A stretch of 16,060 bases of DNA from Campylobacterota bacterium (lineage in GTDB: Bacteria > Campylobacterota > Campylobacteria > Campylobacterales > Arcobacteraceae). The notes beneath the pieces were generated by a model, which made no database searches, was not told the origin of the DNA, and saw only the letters and a program-made list of their open reading frames with translations. Shown in pieces: positions 1 to 10,766 of the stretch. The stretch covers positions 1 through 16,060 of the forward strand of contig JBNJFB010000050.1 of assembly GCA_051746405.1 (NCBI GenBank), read 5' to 3'. Position numbers and translations under genes: made by a program. Numbering within the stretch: position 1 is the first letter of the stretch; every line of letters begins with the position of its first letter.

Positions 1-1
1 A

Positions 2-109
2 GCTAAAACCACAAAGGAAGATTGTCTTAAACAAGGTAAAAACTATAAAATAGAAAAAAAGCTAAATCTTAGAACAGGAAAATATACAGATACGATTACA
101 TGTCTTTGA
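2..109 (+). CDS. 3' end of a small hypothetical protein (partial, runs off the left edge)
   Basis: Frame 2 is open from the edge: AKTTKEDCLKQGKNYKIEKKLNLRTGKYTDTITCL*, TGA at 107-109, converging on and slightly overlapping the kinase stop. Confidence 0.5.
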   Translation, partial: AKTTKEDCLKQGKNYKIEKKLNLRTGKYTDTITCL

Positions 110-1655
110 AGATTACTACAGTAAACTTTGCACCTATATTTGTATTTTCTACTTTTAATTTACCTTTCATATTTTTTTCAATAATAATCTTTGACATATA
201 AAGCCCTATTCCTGTTCCATTACTATCATCTTTGGTTGTGAAGTATGGTTCAAATATTTTCAACTTTGGTTCTGTGGTTATTCCTCCTGCATTATCTTCA
301 ATATATAGTTTTATTGATTTTGTATCCTCTTTTGCACTTATATAAATAGTTGGGTTTTTTATACTCTTTTCTATTAAAACATCTTTTGCATTTTTTAAAA
401 TATTTAAAATCACTTGTTCATACTCATTTAAATAAGTAAAAATTTTAATGTTTCTATTTAAATCAAGCTTCACATTAATAGAGTTATTATGCAAAGAGCT
501 TGATACTATAGTCATAACAGAGTCTATAATCTCATACAAATAAAAACTCTCTTTCTCTTTTTTTGGCATAAAGAAATTTCTAAAATCATCAATTGTATGG
601 GACATATACTCTAAGACCTTGTCTGCTTCTTTTGTTTTTTTATCCATAATCTCAGTACTTAAATCATTAATACTATGCTTAAACTTGATATTCATTAAAA
701 TAGATGATAGCTCAGATAATGGCTGTCTCCACTGATGAGCGATATTTGATATCATTTCACCCAAAGCAATAAATCTAGATTTTTGTATAAGTAGTTGCTC
801 TTTTTCTCTATTCTTTTCAACCTCTTGTTTTACTTTTTTCTCTAAATTTTGATTTAACTCTTTTAGCTGTTTCTCTTTTTCATTTACTTTTCTTTGGTAC
901 TGTTTTAAGACCTCATCAATTTTTTGAGATACAAAAATAGATATTAAAATAGCTATAGATAAAAACATCACAAAAAGTACAATATTTTGTCCAACTTGCT
1001 TTCTTACTGTAGTTTCTAATACACTCTTTTTTTGTGATATCTCTTTTTCTATATCATCTAAATAGACACCAACTGAAATAACCCAATTCCATTTTTTATA
1101 ATACTTAAAATATGAAAGCTTTTGCTTTACCTTTTTTTCTCCTGGCTTTTTATAGGCATATTGAGTAAAAGATTCACCTTTTAATCTAATATCCCTTAAA
1201 AACTTTTCCCTAAACTTTTTACCATTTTCATCTTTGAAGTTTGTGGAGATTAGTTTATTTATTAAATCGGGTCTATTAGGATTTACAATAAGTCTTGCAA
1301 AATCATCACCACCGTTTATATCTAAAATATCATAAACAAAATAGTAGTTACTTTTACTTTCTTGAAAAGAGATATTATCAAGTAACTTAACCGCATCTGC
1401 TTTTATTTCTTCTTGTGTTTGATCTGTTTTTGTTTGGTTGTAGTTTAAAATATCAACTATAGTATTTATCTGTTTTTTTAAAGTCTCTTTTTGATTTTGA
1501 TAATACTCTTTTACAAATTTATCCATTTGCACTTCAAAATCTTCATATGTATTTTTCACATAAAAATATGAAATCATAAAAATCATGGAAGAGACAATAA
1601 TTATAAAAATATAGATAATAATCTTAGATAGGTTTTTTTCTGTAATAAAATTCAA
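96..1655 (-). CDS. Cache-domain sensor histidine kinase
   Basis: Two TM segments flanking a Cache-like domain (YYFVYD...YFKYYKKWNWVISVGVYLDDI), coiled coil, H-box IAHQWRQPL, N-box NILKNAKD, G boxes DNAGGI and GTGIGL; TTG start. Confidence 0.93.
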   Translation of the reverse strand: MNFITEKNLSKIIIYIFIIIVSSMIFMISYFYVKNTYEDFEVQMDKFVKEYYQNQKETLKKQINTIVDILNYNQTKTDQTQEEIKADAVKLLDNISFQESKSNYYFVYDILDINGGDDFARLIVNPNRPDLINKLISTNFKDENGKKFREKFLRDIRLKGESFTQYAYKKPGEKKVKQKLSYFKYYKKWNWVISVGVYLDDIEKEISQKKSVLETTVRKQVGQNIVLFVMFLSIAILISIFVSQKIDEVLKQYQRKVNEKEKQLKELNQNLEKKVKQEVEKNREKEQLLIQKSRFIALGEMISNIAHQWRQPLSELSSILMNIKFKHSINDLSTEIMDKKTKEADKVLEYMSHTIDDFRNFFMPKKEKESFYLYEIIDSVMTIVSSSLHNNSINVKLDLNRNIKIFTYLNEYEQVILNILKNAKDVLIEKSIKNPTIYISAKEDTKSIKLYIEDNAGGITTEPKLKIFEPYFTTKDDSNGTGIGLYMSKIIIEKNMKGKLKVENTNIGAKFTVVIFKDM

Positions 1656-1722
1656 CTTTAGCCTTATAAAAAAACTTTTTAGCTATCATATTATCATAAA
1701 ATTACTAATAAGGCTTTTATCA

Positions 1723-2424
1723 ATGAAAGATGATGTTTTTTCAAAACTAAGTGCTTTTAAGGTTTTGTATATTGAAGATGAAGATGGTATAAGAAATAAT
1801 ATACAAGAGATATTAAACCACTTCTTCAAAGAGACCTTAACAGCAAAAAATGCCAAGGAAGGATACAACAAATATATTAACTACAGACCTGATTTAATAA
1901 TCTCAGATATAAGAATGCCACCAGGTGAAACGGGAATAGATTTAATAAAAAAAATACGAAAAATAGACTCTAAAACAAGAATTATAATAACCTCAGCACA
2001 CACAGATTTGGAATACATGTTACAAGCTGCAGAGTTACACTTAGTAAAATATATTATCAAACCTTTAAATCAAGAAAAACTAATTGAAGCTTTTGAAGCA
2101 TTTTTAAAAACCCACGATCAAAACAAAATATATACTATAGTTGAAAACTGGCACTTTGACTATAGTAAATCAACTGTTTACAATAAAGAAGAGAGTTTTA
2201 ATCTTACAAAAAAAGAGAATATCTTCTTAAAACTTCTTCTAACCAAAAAAAGAATAATCACATATGAAGAGATGGAAACAAATATTTGGGATGATGAGTC
2301 TATCATGACACAAAATGCCATGAGACTATTTATAAAAAATCTAAGAAAAAAACTACCTGCTAAATCACTTAAAAACATCCAAGGCACAGGCTATATATTA
2401 GAAGTAGAGAATAGTTTAAACTAA
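1723..2424 (+). CDS. OmpR/PhoB-family response regulator
   Basis: Receiver motifs LYIEDE, DLIISDIRMP, ITSAH, KYIIKP; winged-helix C-terminus (LTKKE...IKNLRKKL...GTGY); divergent from the kinase. Confidence 0.93.
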   Translation: MKDDVFSKLSAFKVLYIEDEDGIRNNIQEILNHFFKETLTAKNAKEGYNKYINYRPDLIISDIRMPPGETGIDLIKKIRKIDSKTRIIITSAHTDLEYMLQAAELHLVKYIIKPLNQEKLIEAFEAFLKTHDQNKIYTIVENWHFDYSKSTVYNKEESFNLTKKENIFLKLLLTKKRIITYEEMETNIWDDESIMTQNAMRLFIKNLRKKLPAKSLKNIQGTGYILEVENSLN

Positions 2425-3209
2425 CTTTTATTCTCTAGTTTTAGTCTTAATTTTTCTAGTTTTATAAAATAAGCATGACCTAAATATATTACATAAAAAA
2501 CAGCCGTAAATAGTGTAATAAAGGGTATTAAAGAGACAATATACAAAAATAGCGTTCTTAATCTAAAACTATTTGCATTTTTTTTGTAAATCTGCTCATA
2601 CTCATCATCACTTAAAATTTCAGTGGATACATCATGGTTTAAAAGTTTATGAAAAAAGTAATAAAGAGGAAAAGAGAAAGCAATCACATTTATTAGTGGT
2701 ATAAAATACAATGGTATTAAAACAATATAAAGTAGTATCATTATAAAGCCACTTTTAAAAAGCTCTACAACAGGTGAGAGCAAATTGCCATGTCCATGTA
2801 GGGTTATGTGACTGTAGTGTCTTTTATGAACTATTTTTAAAATCATTGGCACTAAAAACCCAATAAGAGCCAAAGTTAAAATCACACTTACTTGTAACAT
2901 CAAAAGTGAGCCTATTGTGTAAATTAGAAAGATAGCCAACCATGATGTTATAGAGTATTGAAATAGAAAAATTGTACTATTTGCAGCCCACTCATAATAA
3001 ACAGGTGCATTAGGGTCAATTACTACTTCTTGACCATTTTGACTTGCTTTTGCCACTTCTTGAAGTGAGCTTATACCATAATCAGCTGCTGTAAAAAACA
3101 TTAAATAGACTATAAAAATAGTAACAAGTAGAGGTACTAATGCAATTTTTAACATCTTAAATGTAAAAAAGTCTTTTATACTTCTTGAAAAAATATCTAA
3201 TTCGTTCAC
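2421..3209 (-). CDS. EI24/CysZ-like membrane protein
   Basis: 262 aa, several hydrophobic helices, pattern LIPLYFIPLIN...YYFFHKLL.DV recognised from EI24-domain proteins; GTG start with AAGGA SD. Confidence 0.7.
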   Translation of the reverse strand: MNELDIFSRSIKDFFTFKMLKIALVPLLVTIFIVYLMFFTAADYGISSLQEVAKASQNGQEVVIDPNAPVYYEWAANSTIFLFQYSITSWLAIFLIYTIGSLLMLQVSVILTLALIGFLVPMILKIVHKRHYSHITLHGHGNLLSPVVELFKSGFIMILLYIVLIPLYFIPLINVIAFSFPLYYFFHKLLNHDVSTEILSDDEYEQIYKKNANSFRLRTLFLYIVSLIPFITLFTAVFYVIYLGHAYFIKLEKLRLKLENKS

Positions 3210-3305
3210 ATATATCCTTAATTTAAATTTTTTTATTATAACTAAGCCTTAGATAATTCATGTTTAAATATAATAAATCAATAAAAAAACGAAAGGTTAC
3301 TATCA

Positions 3306-3632
3306 ATGGAAATGTTATTAAATGAAGATGATTTAGTCGTAGGTGCAAAATTTAAAGAAGGAACAATTCAAGATTATGTGGATGATAAAAAGACCTATGG
3401 ACTTGTAAGAATAGAAGACTCAACAGCAAACTGGTTTTTATTTAATAAGCAAGAGAGTGAAGATGATGTGCAAGAGCTTTACAAAAAAGTTATACAACAA
3501 GAGCATTTCATTCAAAATGATTTTGGTGAAGAAATAGTAGTTTTTAATAAAATAGGTGATGTGTCATTTGAAGAGTTTAAAAATAAAATTGATGAATATT
3601 TAGATGATGAGTTAGGAACAGTTGTAACATAA
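3306..3632 (+). CDS. hypothetical acidic protein
   Basis: 108-aa ORF with AAAGG SD filling the gap before the tRNA; no motif recognised. Confidence 0.7.
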   Translation: MEMLLNEDDLVVGAKFKEGTIQDYVDDKKTYGLVRIEDSTANWFLFNKQESEDDVQELYKKVIQQEHFIQNDFGEEIVVFNKIGDVSFEEFKNKIDEYLDDELGTVVT

Positions 3633-3653
3633 AATTAAAATACTATTTTGATT

Positions 3654-3730
<77 letters not shown>

Positions 3731-3789
3731 TTTTGTAAGTCATTGCTTTGAATGTAATCGAATTGTAACCACTCAATCTTAAAGTAAGA

Positions 3790-4866
3790 TTACTTTACAG
3801 TATAAATATGCCCTTTATCAGTAGAAAAATACAAATTCCCATCTTTTGACTGAATTACATTCCTTATTCTTTGATTTAAGCTTTTAAAAACTCTTATCTC
3901 ACCTACTATTTTATCACCCTTTAACGTAGTTATGTTTATATGTTTTAGTTTTAAAGCACCTGCTAAAAATCTATTTTTTAACCCTTTGAACTTATTACCT
4001 TTATATAAAATCAATGAGCTTGGAGCTATTGAGGGGGTAAACTCTTTTTTTGGTTGCTGCATTCCTTCTTTATGGGTACTTTCACCCACTTGAATTGGTG
4101 CCCAATACTCTTTGCCATATGAGATTACAGGCCAACCATAATTTAACCCTTTTTTAACTAGGTTGATTTCATCACCACCTCTTGGACCATGCTCTATACT
4201 CCACAACTTTTTTGTTTGTTTATCATAAAATATCCCCTGGGGATTTCTATGACCATATGAGTAGATTGCATTTAAAGCTTCACTATTTTTAACAAACGGA
4301 TTATCTTGTGGTATTGTTCCATCTAAATTTAATCTAATAACACTCCCCGCATGATTTTTTAAGTTTTGAGCATTATCTCTATTTCCCCTATCACCAATAG
4401 TAAAAAAAACATGTCCACTCTCATCAAAAGCAATTCTACTACCATAGTGAATATTTCTACTACTTATAGATTTACTTATAAATAAATCCTGCTGTGAAAA
4501 AAGTTTTTCATTTTTATACAAAGCTCTTGCTAGGGTTGTAGCACCTTTATTATTTATACTCTTTGAGTAAGTGAAGTAAACCCATGTCTTTTTATCTTTT
4601 TTTAAAACTTTTATATCAAGTAGTCCACCTTGACCATGGCTTAATACATCTTTGACTTGATAAATATTTTTTATACTATCAGATTTAAAATCATATAGAT
4701 ATATATTCCCATCTTTTGCAGTAATTAAAAGCTTGTCTTCACTTACAAAATCCATACCCCAGGGCTTTTCATCTATAGTTGTAATCTTTTCATAAGTTAG
4801 ATTTAGACTATTTGCACTTAATAAAGATAAAAAAACACCAAAAAAAATACTTAATATTTTATTCAT
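3790..4866 (-). CDS. PQQ-dependent sugar dehydrogenase (glucose/sorbosone, YliI-like), exported
   Basis: Motifs PWGMDF, GQGGLLD, HYGSRIAF, GDRG, IYSYGHRNPQG, EHGPRGGDEIN, NYGWP; signal peptide. Start placed at ATG 4866 (GAGG SD, ATGA overlap with upstream stop) rather than 4878. Confidence 0.9.
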   Translation of the reverse strand: MNKILSIFFGVFLSLLSANSLNLTYEKITTIDEKPWGMDFVSEDKLLITAKDGNIYLYDFKSDSIKNIYQVKDVLSHGQGGLLDIKVLKKDKKTWVYFTYSKSINNKGATTLARALYKNEKLFSQQDLFISKSISSRNIHYGSRIAFDESGHVFFTIGDRGNRDNAQNLKNHAGSVIRLNLDGTIPQDNPFVKNSEALNAIYSYGHRNPQGIFYDKQTKKLWSIEHGPRGGDEINLVKKGLNYGWPVISYGKEYWAPIQVGESTHKEGMQQPKKEFTPSIAPSSLILYKGNKFKGLKNRFLAGALKLKHINITTLKGDKIVGEIRVFKSLNQRIRNVIQSKDGNLYFSTDKGHIYTVK

Positions 4867-5564
4867 AACCTCATCCATTCTTTTAATTTTTTACTTAATA
4901 AGATAGGCTCTTCTAAAGAGATATTATGGCTAGTACCCTCTCTTGATACAATCTTCATTTTGTGATTTTCACTCTCTAATCTTTTTACAGACTCTTTTGT
5001 AAGTAACCTATCATCACTACTATAAAAGAAATAGATAGGTTTGTCAAGTTTTATAAGCTTATCAAACAAATCAACTCTATTTAATGTACACTGCAACTGT
5101 ATCTTAAAGTTATCACTTCCTAACTCATAAAACATATCTTTTATTGTATTTATCAAATCTTCATCATCTTGATTTTTTTCTTCAACTAAGGATTTAGCTT
5201 TTTTTGTTGTAAGGGGTTCAAACCCTTTTTGTTCAACATCTTTTATCTTTTGTTCTCTCCTTTTATTGTCAAAACTACTAGAACCTGAAGGAGTTGATGC
5301 TAGATTAAATAGTCTTTTTACCTTATTTGGATATGCAAGTGTAAAGTTTGTTGCTATATAACCACCCAAAGAAAAACCCACTAAATTAATATTTTCATCT
5401 TCAATTTGTTTATATAAAATTTGATTTATCTTCTCAAAATCACTTGTCATAGGAATTTTTAAATATACAAGCTCAAACTCTTTTTCTAAAAAAGGCTGAA
5501 CTCTTTTCCAAAGCCTTTCATCAGTCATCAATCCAGGTAAAAAGTAGATTTTTTCTCTCATCAA
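4863..5564 (-). CDS. alpha/beta fold hydrolase
   Basis: FLPGL oxyanion loop, GFSLGG nucleophile elbow, C-terminal Asp and His (SDDRL, TSHN). Confidence 0.88.
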   Translation of the reverse strand: MMREKIYFLPGLMTDERLWKRVQPFLEKEFELVYLKIPMTSDFEKINQILYKQIEDENINLVGFSLGGYIATNFTLAYPNKVKRLFNLASTPSGSSSFDNKRREQKIKDVEQKGFEPLTTKKAKSLVEEKNQDDEDLINTIKDMFYELGSDNFKIQLQCTLNRVDLFDKLIKLDKPIYFFYSSDDRLLTKESVKRLESENHKMKIVSREGTSHNISLEEPILLSKKLKEWMRL

Positions 5565-5566
5565 TG

Positions 5567-6004
5567 TTAACCTTTATATCCATAACCAGCTGCTACTAAA
5601 CTACCAAGTAAAGGAATAATAAGCAATAGTAAAGTCTCAAGTCTAATAATCATAATCACTTTTTTAGGTAAATCTATAATCTTTTCATGGGTATTTTTAT
5701 ACTTTCGTAAAAAAAGTGTATTATAAACAGCTAATATCATCATAATAAAAAATAGCGTAACCTTAATATGAAAAAAGGGATTTTGAGTATAAAAACCACT
5801 ATCTTTTCCAACTACAAACCATAACACCAATCCCGCAACTAAAGTAACAAATGCACTAATTAAATAGTACAAATCAATACGCAATATAGTCTTTAAATTA
5901 TCATTAGTAACCCTATCTTTTAACAATATATGTTCAAATACTAAAGTGGAACTTAAAAATATAATACCCACAAAGTGTAAAAATCTCACTAATATCTCTT
6001 CCAA
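5567..6004 (-). CDS. DUF2214-like membrane protein
   Basis: Four TM helices; LHFVG, AGLVLWF..GK...FY.NP.FHIKVTLF, IRLE..LL..IPL...L.A.GYG pattern. Confidence 0.75.
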   Translation of the reverse strand: MEEILVRFLHFVGIIFLSSTLVFEHILLKDRVTNDNLKTILRIDLYYLISAFVTLVAGLVLWFVVGKDSGFYTQNPFFHIKVTLFFIMMILAVYNTLFLRKYKNTHEKIIDLPKKVIMIIRLETLLLLIIPLLGSLVAAGYGYKG

Positions 6005-6068
6005 AATATATCCTTTAATCTATTTAAAATTATTTTATCATATCCAATAACAAAATATGATAAAAACG

Positions 6069-6923
6069 CTATTTTCTACTAACTAAAATACCACCAATAA
6101 CAACAAGTACAATTCCAACAAAACTATACACATCAGGAAATAAATCCCCAAGCATCACACCAAAGCCAATTGCAAAGGGAATACTTGAATAACTAATAAC
6201 ACCAATTATACTTGCTTTGCTAATACTATATGCCCTTGTTAAAAACCATTGTGATGCTGTTGATATAACAGCCATAACAACAAGCAAAAACCAAATCATA
6301 GGTTCTGTGTACAATTCAAACTCTACATAAGGTGTAAATAAAAAAAGCAGTATAGGAATAATCATCCCAACACCCATAAAAGAAAGCATAATAACCCTTG
6401 CATCATATATCTCTTTTATTTTTTTGATAGTTGCATACGCAGCAGCTGCAAAAAAACCACCTAATACCCCTAATAAGTGCTCAAAAGATATCTCAATACC
6501 AAAGGGCTTAACAATGAAAACTATCCCTACAAAACCAATTATAAGTGCAAAAAAAGTCTGTAAGTTAATCTTTTCACTCATCAAATAATATGCAAGTATT
6601 GTTACAAAAAAAGGAGATGTTTTATTTAGTACAACAGCTTCACCTAAGGGTATAGTAGCAATAGTATAAAAAAACAGTACCATAGCAAGGGCTCCAAACA
6701 CTCCCCTTAATAAAAGTAGATGAACTTTTGATGTATCAAAGCTAACTGATACCTTTTTTAAACTAATTAAAATAATCAAAACTCCCAGTAAGTTTCTATA
6801 AAAAACTATCTCTAATGGATCTATACTATCTGATAGCACTTTTGCCACCGCTCCATTTAATGCTCCAAAAAAGGAGCTTAATAACATAAAAATAACACCT
6901 GTATCTATTGATTTTTGTTTCAA
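6069..6923 (-). CDS. DMT/EamA family transporter
   Basis: About ten TM helices in two EamA repeats (EIVFYRN, RGVFG, PLGEA..L..TSPFF, EKI). Confidence 0.9.
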   Translation of the reverse strand: MKQKSIDTGVIFMLLSSFFGALNGAVAKVLSDSIDPLEIVFYRNLLGVLIILISLKKVSVSFDTSKVHLLLLRGVFGALAMVLFFYTIATIPLGEAVVLNKTSPFFVTILAYYLMSEKINLQTFFALIIGFVGIVFIVKPFGIEISFEHLLGVLGGFFAAAAYATIKKIKEIYDARVIMLSFMGVGMIIPILLFLFTPYVEFELYTEPMIWFLLVVMAVISTASQWFLTRAYSISKASIIGVISYSSIPFAIGFGVMLGDLFPDVYSFVGIVLVVIGGILVSRK

Positions 6924-6933
6924 TTATTTCCTT

Positions 6934-9444
6934 TTATTTTTTTAATATTTTTTTAGTTTTGTTAGTAGCTACAGCTTCAAAGGGATTTTTAGGCCAATAG
7001 TGTTTTTTATATTTAGAAAATAGCTCTTTTCTAACCTCTTCATATGAGTTTTCCCAAAAGCTTTTTAAATCATACGTAATTTGAATTGACCTTAAAGCAG
7101 GAGTTAAAAGATGTATTTGCAAAGCTATAGTATTGTTTAATATCTTTGGGGTTTTATACATACCAAATACTTCTTGTATCTTTACTGCTAAAATTGGAGT
7201 TTTTATATTTGAATAATCTATTCTTATATTTGAACCACTTGGCACTTTTATAAAAGTTGGAGCAAGGTTATCTAAAAGCTGTTGTTTATCCCAAGGTATA
7301 ACTCCAAGAAGCATTGAGTATGTATCTAAAGTCTCTAACTGTTTTACTGATTTTATACTACTTAAATAAGGCTTTAGCCAATCAAAAATATTGTCAATTA
7401 AAGCTTTTGAAGAGAAATCTGGAAACCTTAAGTTACTATTTTCATTTATAAAATTAACTCTATTTTGTAAAGCTATTGCTTTTTTACTCCATGTTAAAAG
7501 CTCTAAGCCCTCTTTTTGAATCAGTTCACAAAGAAGTTTTGAGAAATCAATCTCTTGCTCATTTGATATAGGTTTGGAATATAGTTTTAATTCATAAAAA
7601 AAATAGTCCTCTTTTATATCAAACTTTTTGCTTTTGGGGTTATAGATAATACTCTGTTGGGTTCTTATATCATTCTTGAATTTTTCTAAAATAGTATCTA
7701 AAGATATTCTTGAAGCAAGAGTAATATAAGAGTCCTTATTTTTAGCATTTAACACAGGAACTACTAAAAGATTTTCATTAAATAGTGTATCAAAACTATT
7801 TAAAATAGCTCCTTTTTTATTGCTTAGCTTATATCTAGTCTCACTTTTACCCCTTTGTTTTGCTAATCTATCTGGATAAGCAAAAAGAGTTAAAAGTGCC
7901 AAATACTCTTCATCTATTTTAAAACTTTGCTTTTTAATCCTCTCTACACTCTTTAGCTTTGAATATAAAAAACTAGCTTGGGTTAAAATAGCTTTTGCTC
8001 TTGTTTTGTTTATAGATAAACTATCAAAATCCTTATCAAGTAAGAGTGTAAATCTAGTGTAGATATTACTATCTTGAAAACTGTTTTTTAAAATATCCTT
8101 TTCACCTAAAAGTGAAGCTAAAAGACAAGCTTCATAGGCAAACCCTAAGTGGTTTGATTTTAATATCATAAAAGCAAACCTTGGATGAACTCCTAAGATA
8201 ACTGTTTTTTTACCTATAGATGTTATTTGAAAATTTTCATCTAGCATCTTAAGCTCTTGCAAAACCTTTTTTGTGCTATTTTGAACCTCTTTTGATGGTA
8301 AATCCAATAGCTTCAACTCACTCATATCTTCACCCCAAAGTGCAATCTCTAAGAAAAAAGAGCTTAAATCAGTTCTTAATATCTCAGGTTTGCTTGTTTG
8401 TTGTAAGATTTTTCCTCTATGCCAAAGCTTATAGCACTTCCCTTTACTCAATCTTCCAGCTCGCCCTGCTCTTTGAGTTGCAGAGTCTTGGCTAATAAAG
8501 TTAAGCTCTAAGTGATTCATTGCATTTGAGTAGTTATAAAAAGAGTGTTTTTCAAGACCTGAGTCTATTACAACCTTTACACCCTCTATTGTCAAAGAAG
8601 TTTGGGCAATATTTGTGGCTAAGACTATTTTTCTTTTGCTTGATTTTACTAAAGCTTTATCCTGTTTTTCTTTACTTAGATTAGAGTATAAACTTAAAAC
8701 TTCCACACTACTATTTTTAAGTTTCTGTTCTAAAGAGTCTTGCAAGTTTTTAATATCTTTTACACCCCAAAGAAAAACTAAGATATCACCCTCATCTTCT
8801 TTTAGTACTTTTAATATAGTGCTTAAAAGAAGAGTATTAATAGTTTTAACACTAGGTTGTTTAACACTTGCATCTAAAAAAACCTCTTCAACCTCATAAG
8901 TTTTACCCTTTGATTTTACAATAGGAACACCCTCACCTAAAAGCAAAACCAACTCTTTTGAGTTTAGTGTTGCAGACATAATAAGAAGTTTTAAATCATC
9001 TCTTAATAACTCTTGAACCTGCAAAGATAAAGCAAGAGATAAATCAGTATGAATACTTCTTTCATGGAACTCATCAAAAATAATCAATCCCACATCTTCC
9101 AAAGCTTGGTCATTTTGTAACTTTCGCACCAGTACAGCCTCTGTCACAACTAAAAGTTTTGTTTGCTTTGATTTACAACTATCCATACGAACTTGATAAC
9201 CAACACTTTGACCTACTTTTTCACCTAAAAGCTTTGCCATTTGCTGTGCCACCATCCTAGCAGCAACTCTTCGTGGTTCTAGCATAATAATCATCTTATT
9301 CTCTAACCATTTTTCTTCTAATAAGCTAATAGGCACAACCGTACTTTTACCTGCTCCAGGAGGTGCTTGAAGTATAAGTTTTGAGTTTTGATTTAGTATT
9401 TTTTTTATATCATCTAAGATATCATGTATTGGAAGATTTTTCAT
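6934..9444 (-). CDS. hrpB: ATP-dependent RNA helicase HrpB
   Basis: APPGAGKST, LEPRRVAAR, DEFHERS, MSAT, ATNIAQTSLT, QRAGRAGR and the HrpB C-terminal signature (VPSGSNIRIDY...LAVKIQEVFG...SFWENSYEEVRKEL..KYKKHYWP). Confidence 0.96.
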   Translation of the reverse strand: MKNLPIHDILDDIKKILNQNSKLILQAPPGAGKSTVVPISLLEEKWLENKMIIMLEPRRVAARMVAQQMAKLLGEKVGQSVGYQVRMDSCKSKQTKLLVVTEAVLVRKLQNDQALEDVGLIIFDEFHERSIHTDLSLALSLQVQELLRDDLKLLIMSATLNSKELVLLLGEGVPIVKSKGKTYEVEEVFLDASVKQPSVKTINTLLLSTILKVLKEDEGDILVFLWGVKDIKNLQDSLEQKLKNSSVEVLSLYSNLSKEKQDKALVKSSKRKIVLATNIAQTSLTIEGVKVVIDSGLEKHSFYNYSNAMNHLELNFISQDSATQRAGRAGRLSKGKCYKLWHRGKILQQTSKPEILRTDLSSFFLEIALWGEDMSELKLLDLPSKEVQNSTKKVLQELKMLDENFQITSIGKKTVILGVHPRFAFMILKSNHLGFAYEACLLASLLGEKDILKNSFQDSNIYTRFTLLLDKDFDSLSINKTRAKAILTQASFLYSKLKSVERIKKQSFKIDEEYLALLTLFAYPDRLAKQRGKSETRYKLSNKKGAILNSFDTLFNENLLVVPVLNAKNKDSYITLASRISLDTILEKFKNDIRTQQSIIYNPKSKKFDIKEDYFFYELKLYSKPISNEQEIDFSKLLCELIQKEGLELLTWSKKAIALQNRVNFINENSNLRFPDFSSKALIDNIFDWLKPYLSSIKSVKQLETLDTYSMLLGVIPWDKQQLLDNLAPTFIKVPSGSNIRIDYSNIKTPILAVKIQEVFGMYKTPKILNNTIALQIHLLTPALRSIQITYDLKSFWENSYEEVRKELFSKYKKHYWPKNPFEAVATNKTKKILKK

Positions 9445-9498
9445 TTGGAGGTATTGTACTTTAAATAGATATAATTTTCAATCAAGTATCTATCAAAG

Positions 9499-10218
9499 AT
9501 GGATGAACGTGAATTTATGATGTTAAATATAAAGCTTTGGTCTTCCTTTGCAAGTGGCTTGACAGAGGATGAAAATGGAAATATAGTTCCAGGAAATCAT
9601 CCCAAAAATTCTAAAGAAGAGTTTTCATCTTTAGGTGCTATAAAAAGCTATTTTGTAGATGAAATAGATACATTAAAAGAAAATGCCAATAAATTTGGAG
9701 GAGACCCAAGTGAGATGGTTAATCTTCTTTCAGATGTTTTATCTTTTTTCAAAAATTATAGTATAGAAAATGAAGACACAACATCTGAAAAAAAAGAATC
9801 AACAGAAAAAAAACAAGATAGTATTGAAGAAACAAAAGCGTTATATGAAGATATTTTATCTTTATTAAAAACAGGATTTACAGTTTCTGAACTTGAATCA
9901 ATTCAAAAACTCTTAATAGAACTAAAAGATAAAATCAAAGAGGGCAATTACTCTAAAAGTGAAGTAGAGCAGATGCTAAGCAAAGTAGAAAAAGAGATTG
10001 CTTTATTACAAAAAAGAGCAACAGGTGAAGTGGTATTTGCAGCAGATATAAATAGTTTAAATAATAAAGAAAGCTCTTTAGATAGTGAATCTGCAGACTT
10101 TCTTCAAAGAATAGAAAAAGCAATGACAACAATCAATACATTAGCCACATATAAAAATATAAGAGAAGATAGTGTAAATAGCTCTGAAATTTTAGCTATG
10201 ATTAATAAGTTTAAATAA
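9499..10218 (+). CDS. hypothetical protein (helical, acidic)
   Basis: 239-aa ORF divergent from hrpB; last gene before the accessory region; no motif recognised. Confidence 0.7.
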   Translation: MDEREFMMLNIKLWSSFASGLTEDENGNIVPGNHPKNSKEEFSSLGAIKSYFVDEIDTLKENANKFGGDPSEMVNLLSDVLSFFKNYSIENEDTTSEKKESTEKKQDSIEETKALYEDILSLLKTGFTVSELESIQKLLIELKDKIKEGNYSKSEVEQMLSKVEKEIALLQKRATGEVVFAADINSLNNKESSLDSESADFLQRIEKAMTTINTLATYKNIREDSVNSSEILAMINKFK

Positions 10219-10234
10219 TTATCTATTTAAACTT
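10207..10234. terminator. AT-rich hairpin, possible bidirectional terminator
   Basis: AAGTTTAAATA-attatc-TATTTAAACTT, perfect 11-bp arms, between convergent genes. Confidence 0.4.
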
Positions 10235-10280
10235 GTGATTAACCATCTAAATTATTGTAGTTTTAAATAACGTTTTACCT

Positions 10281-10766
10281 TTATAAAACCGTATATTTAC
10301 AGTTAAAAGAGTCATCTTTTAGTATTTTTATTGCTGATTTAGATAATATTTCAGGGTAAAGCACTACATATCTAAACTCAATATAGCTTTTTTTCATATC
10401 ATTTGTTTTAGTATATTTAGTAGCATCATCAATAAACGCTTTTATATCCTCTGATGTGATTGATTTAGATTTAGTCTTATTTGTACATTTCATAAGCAAT
10501 CTCTTATCATCTTTAGAAGAAAGAAGGTCAATACCTGATTCTTTTTTTTCATCGTCATTAAACACTATTACAGAATAACCAAAATCCTCGTATTTCTTTG
10601 CTGTACGCAACTTTATATTTAAGCCTTTTTTCTCGTTTTCTTCATTTGTTTTAATAATACGCTTTTTATCTTTGTAATTTATAAACTTTCTAAATAATAT
10701 AATACCAATAATTATCGGTATTAAGTGCCATATTTTTAAAAATGAAGCAAGTATCATCTCAGCCAT
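10281..10766 (-). CDS. Mrr-like restriction-endonuclease-domain protein with N-terminal TM helix, possibly degenerate
   Basis: YEDFGYSV...GIDLLSSKDDKRLLMKC...I..EDIKAF resembles the Mrr_cat G(I/V)D...(Q)CK pattern, but QCK reads KCT; hydrophobic N-terminus. Confidence 0.6.
   Translation of the reverse strand: MAEMILASFLKIWHLIPIIIGIILFRKFINYKDKKRIIKTNEENEKKGLNIKLRTAKKYEDFGYSVIVFNDDEKKESGIDLLSSKDDKRLLMKCTNKTKSKSITSEDIKAFIDDATKYTKTNDMKKSYIEFRYVVLYPEILSKSAIKILKDDSFNCKYTVL

Noticed and set aside
1684..1698. TATCATA direct repeat between kinase and regulator as an OmpR-type site
   Set aside because: 8-bp period rather than about one helical turn, and low complexity in AT-rich DNA.
1686..2387. Minus-strand ORFs 1686-1871 and 2178-2387
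   Set aside because: Antisense shadows of the response regulator.
8271..8899. Plus-strand ORFs 8271-8495 and 8615-8899
   Set aside because: Antisense shadows inside hrpB.
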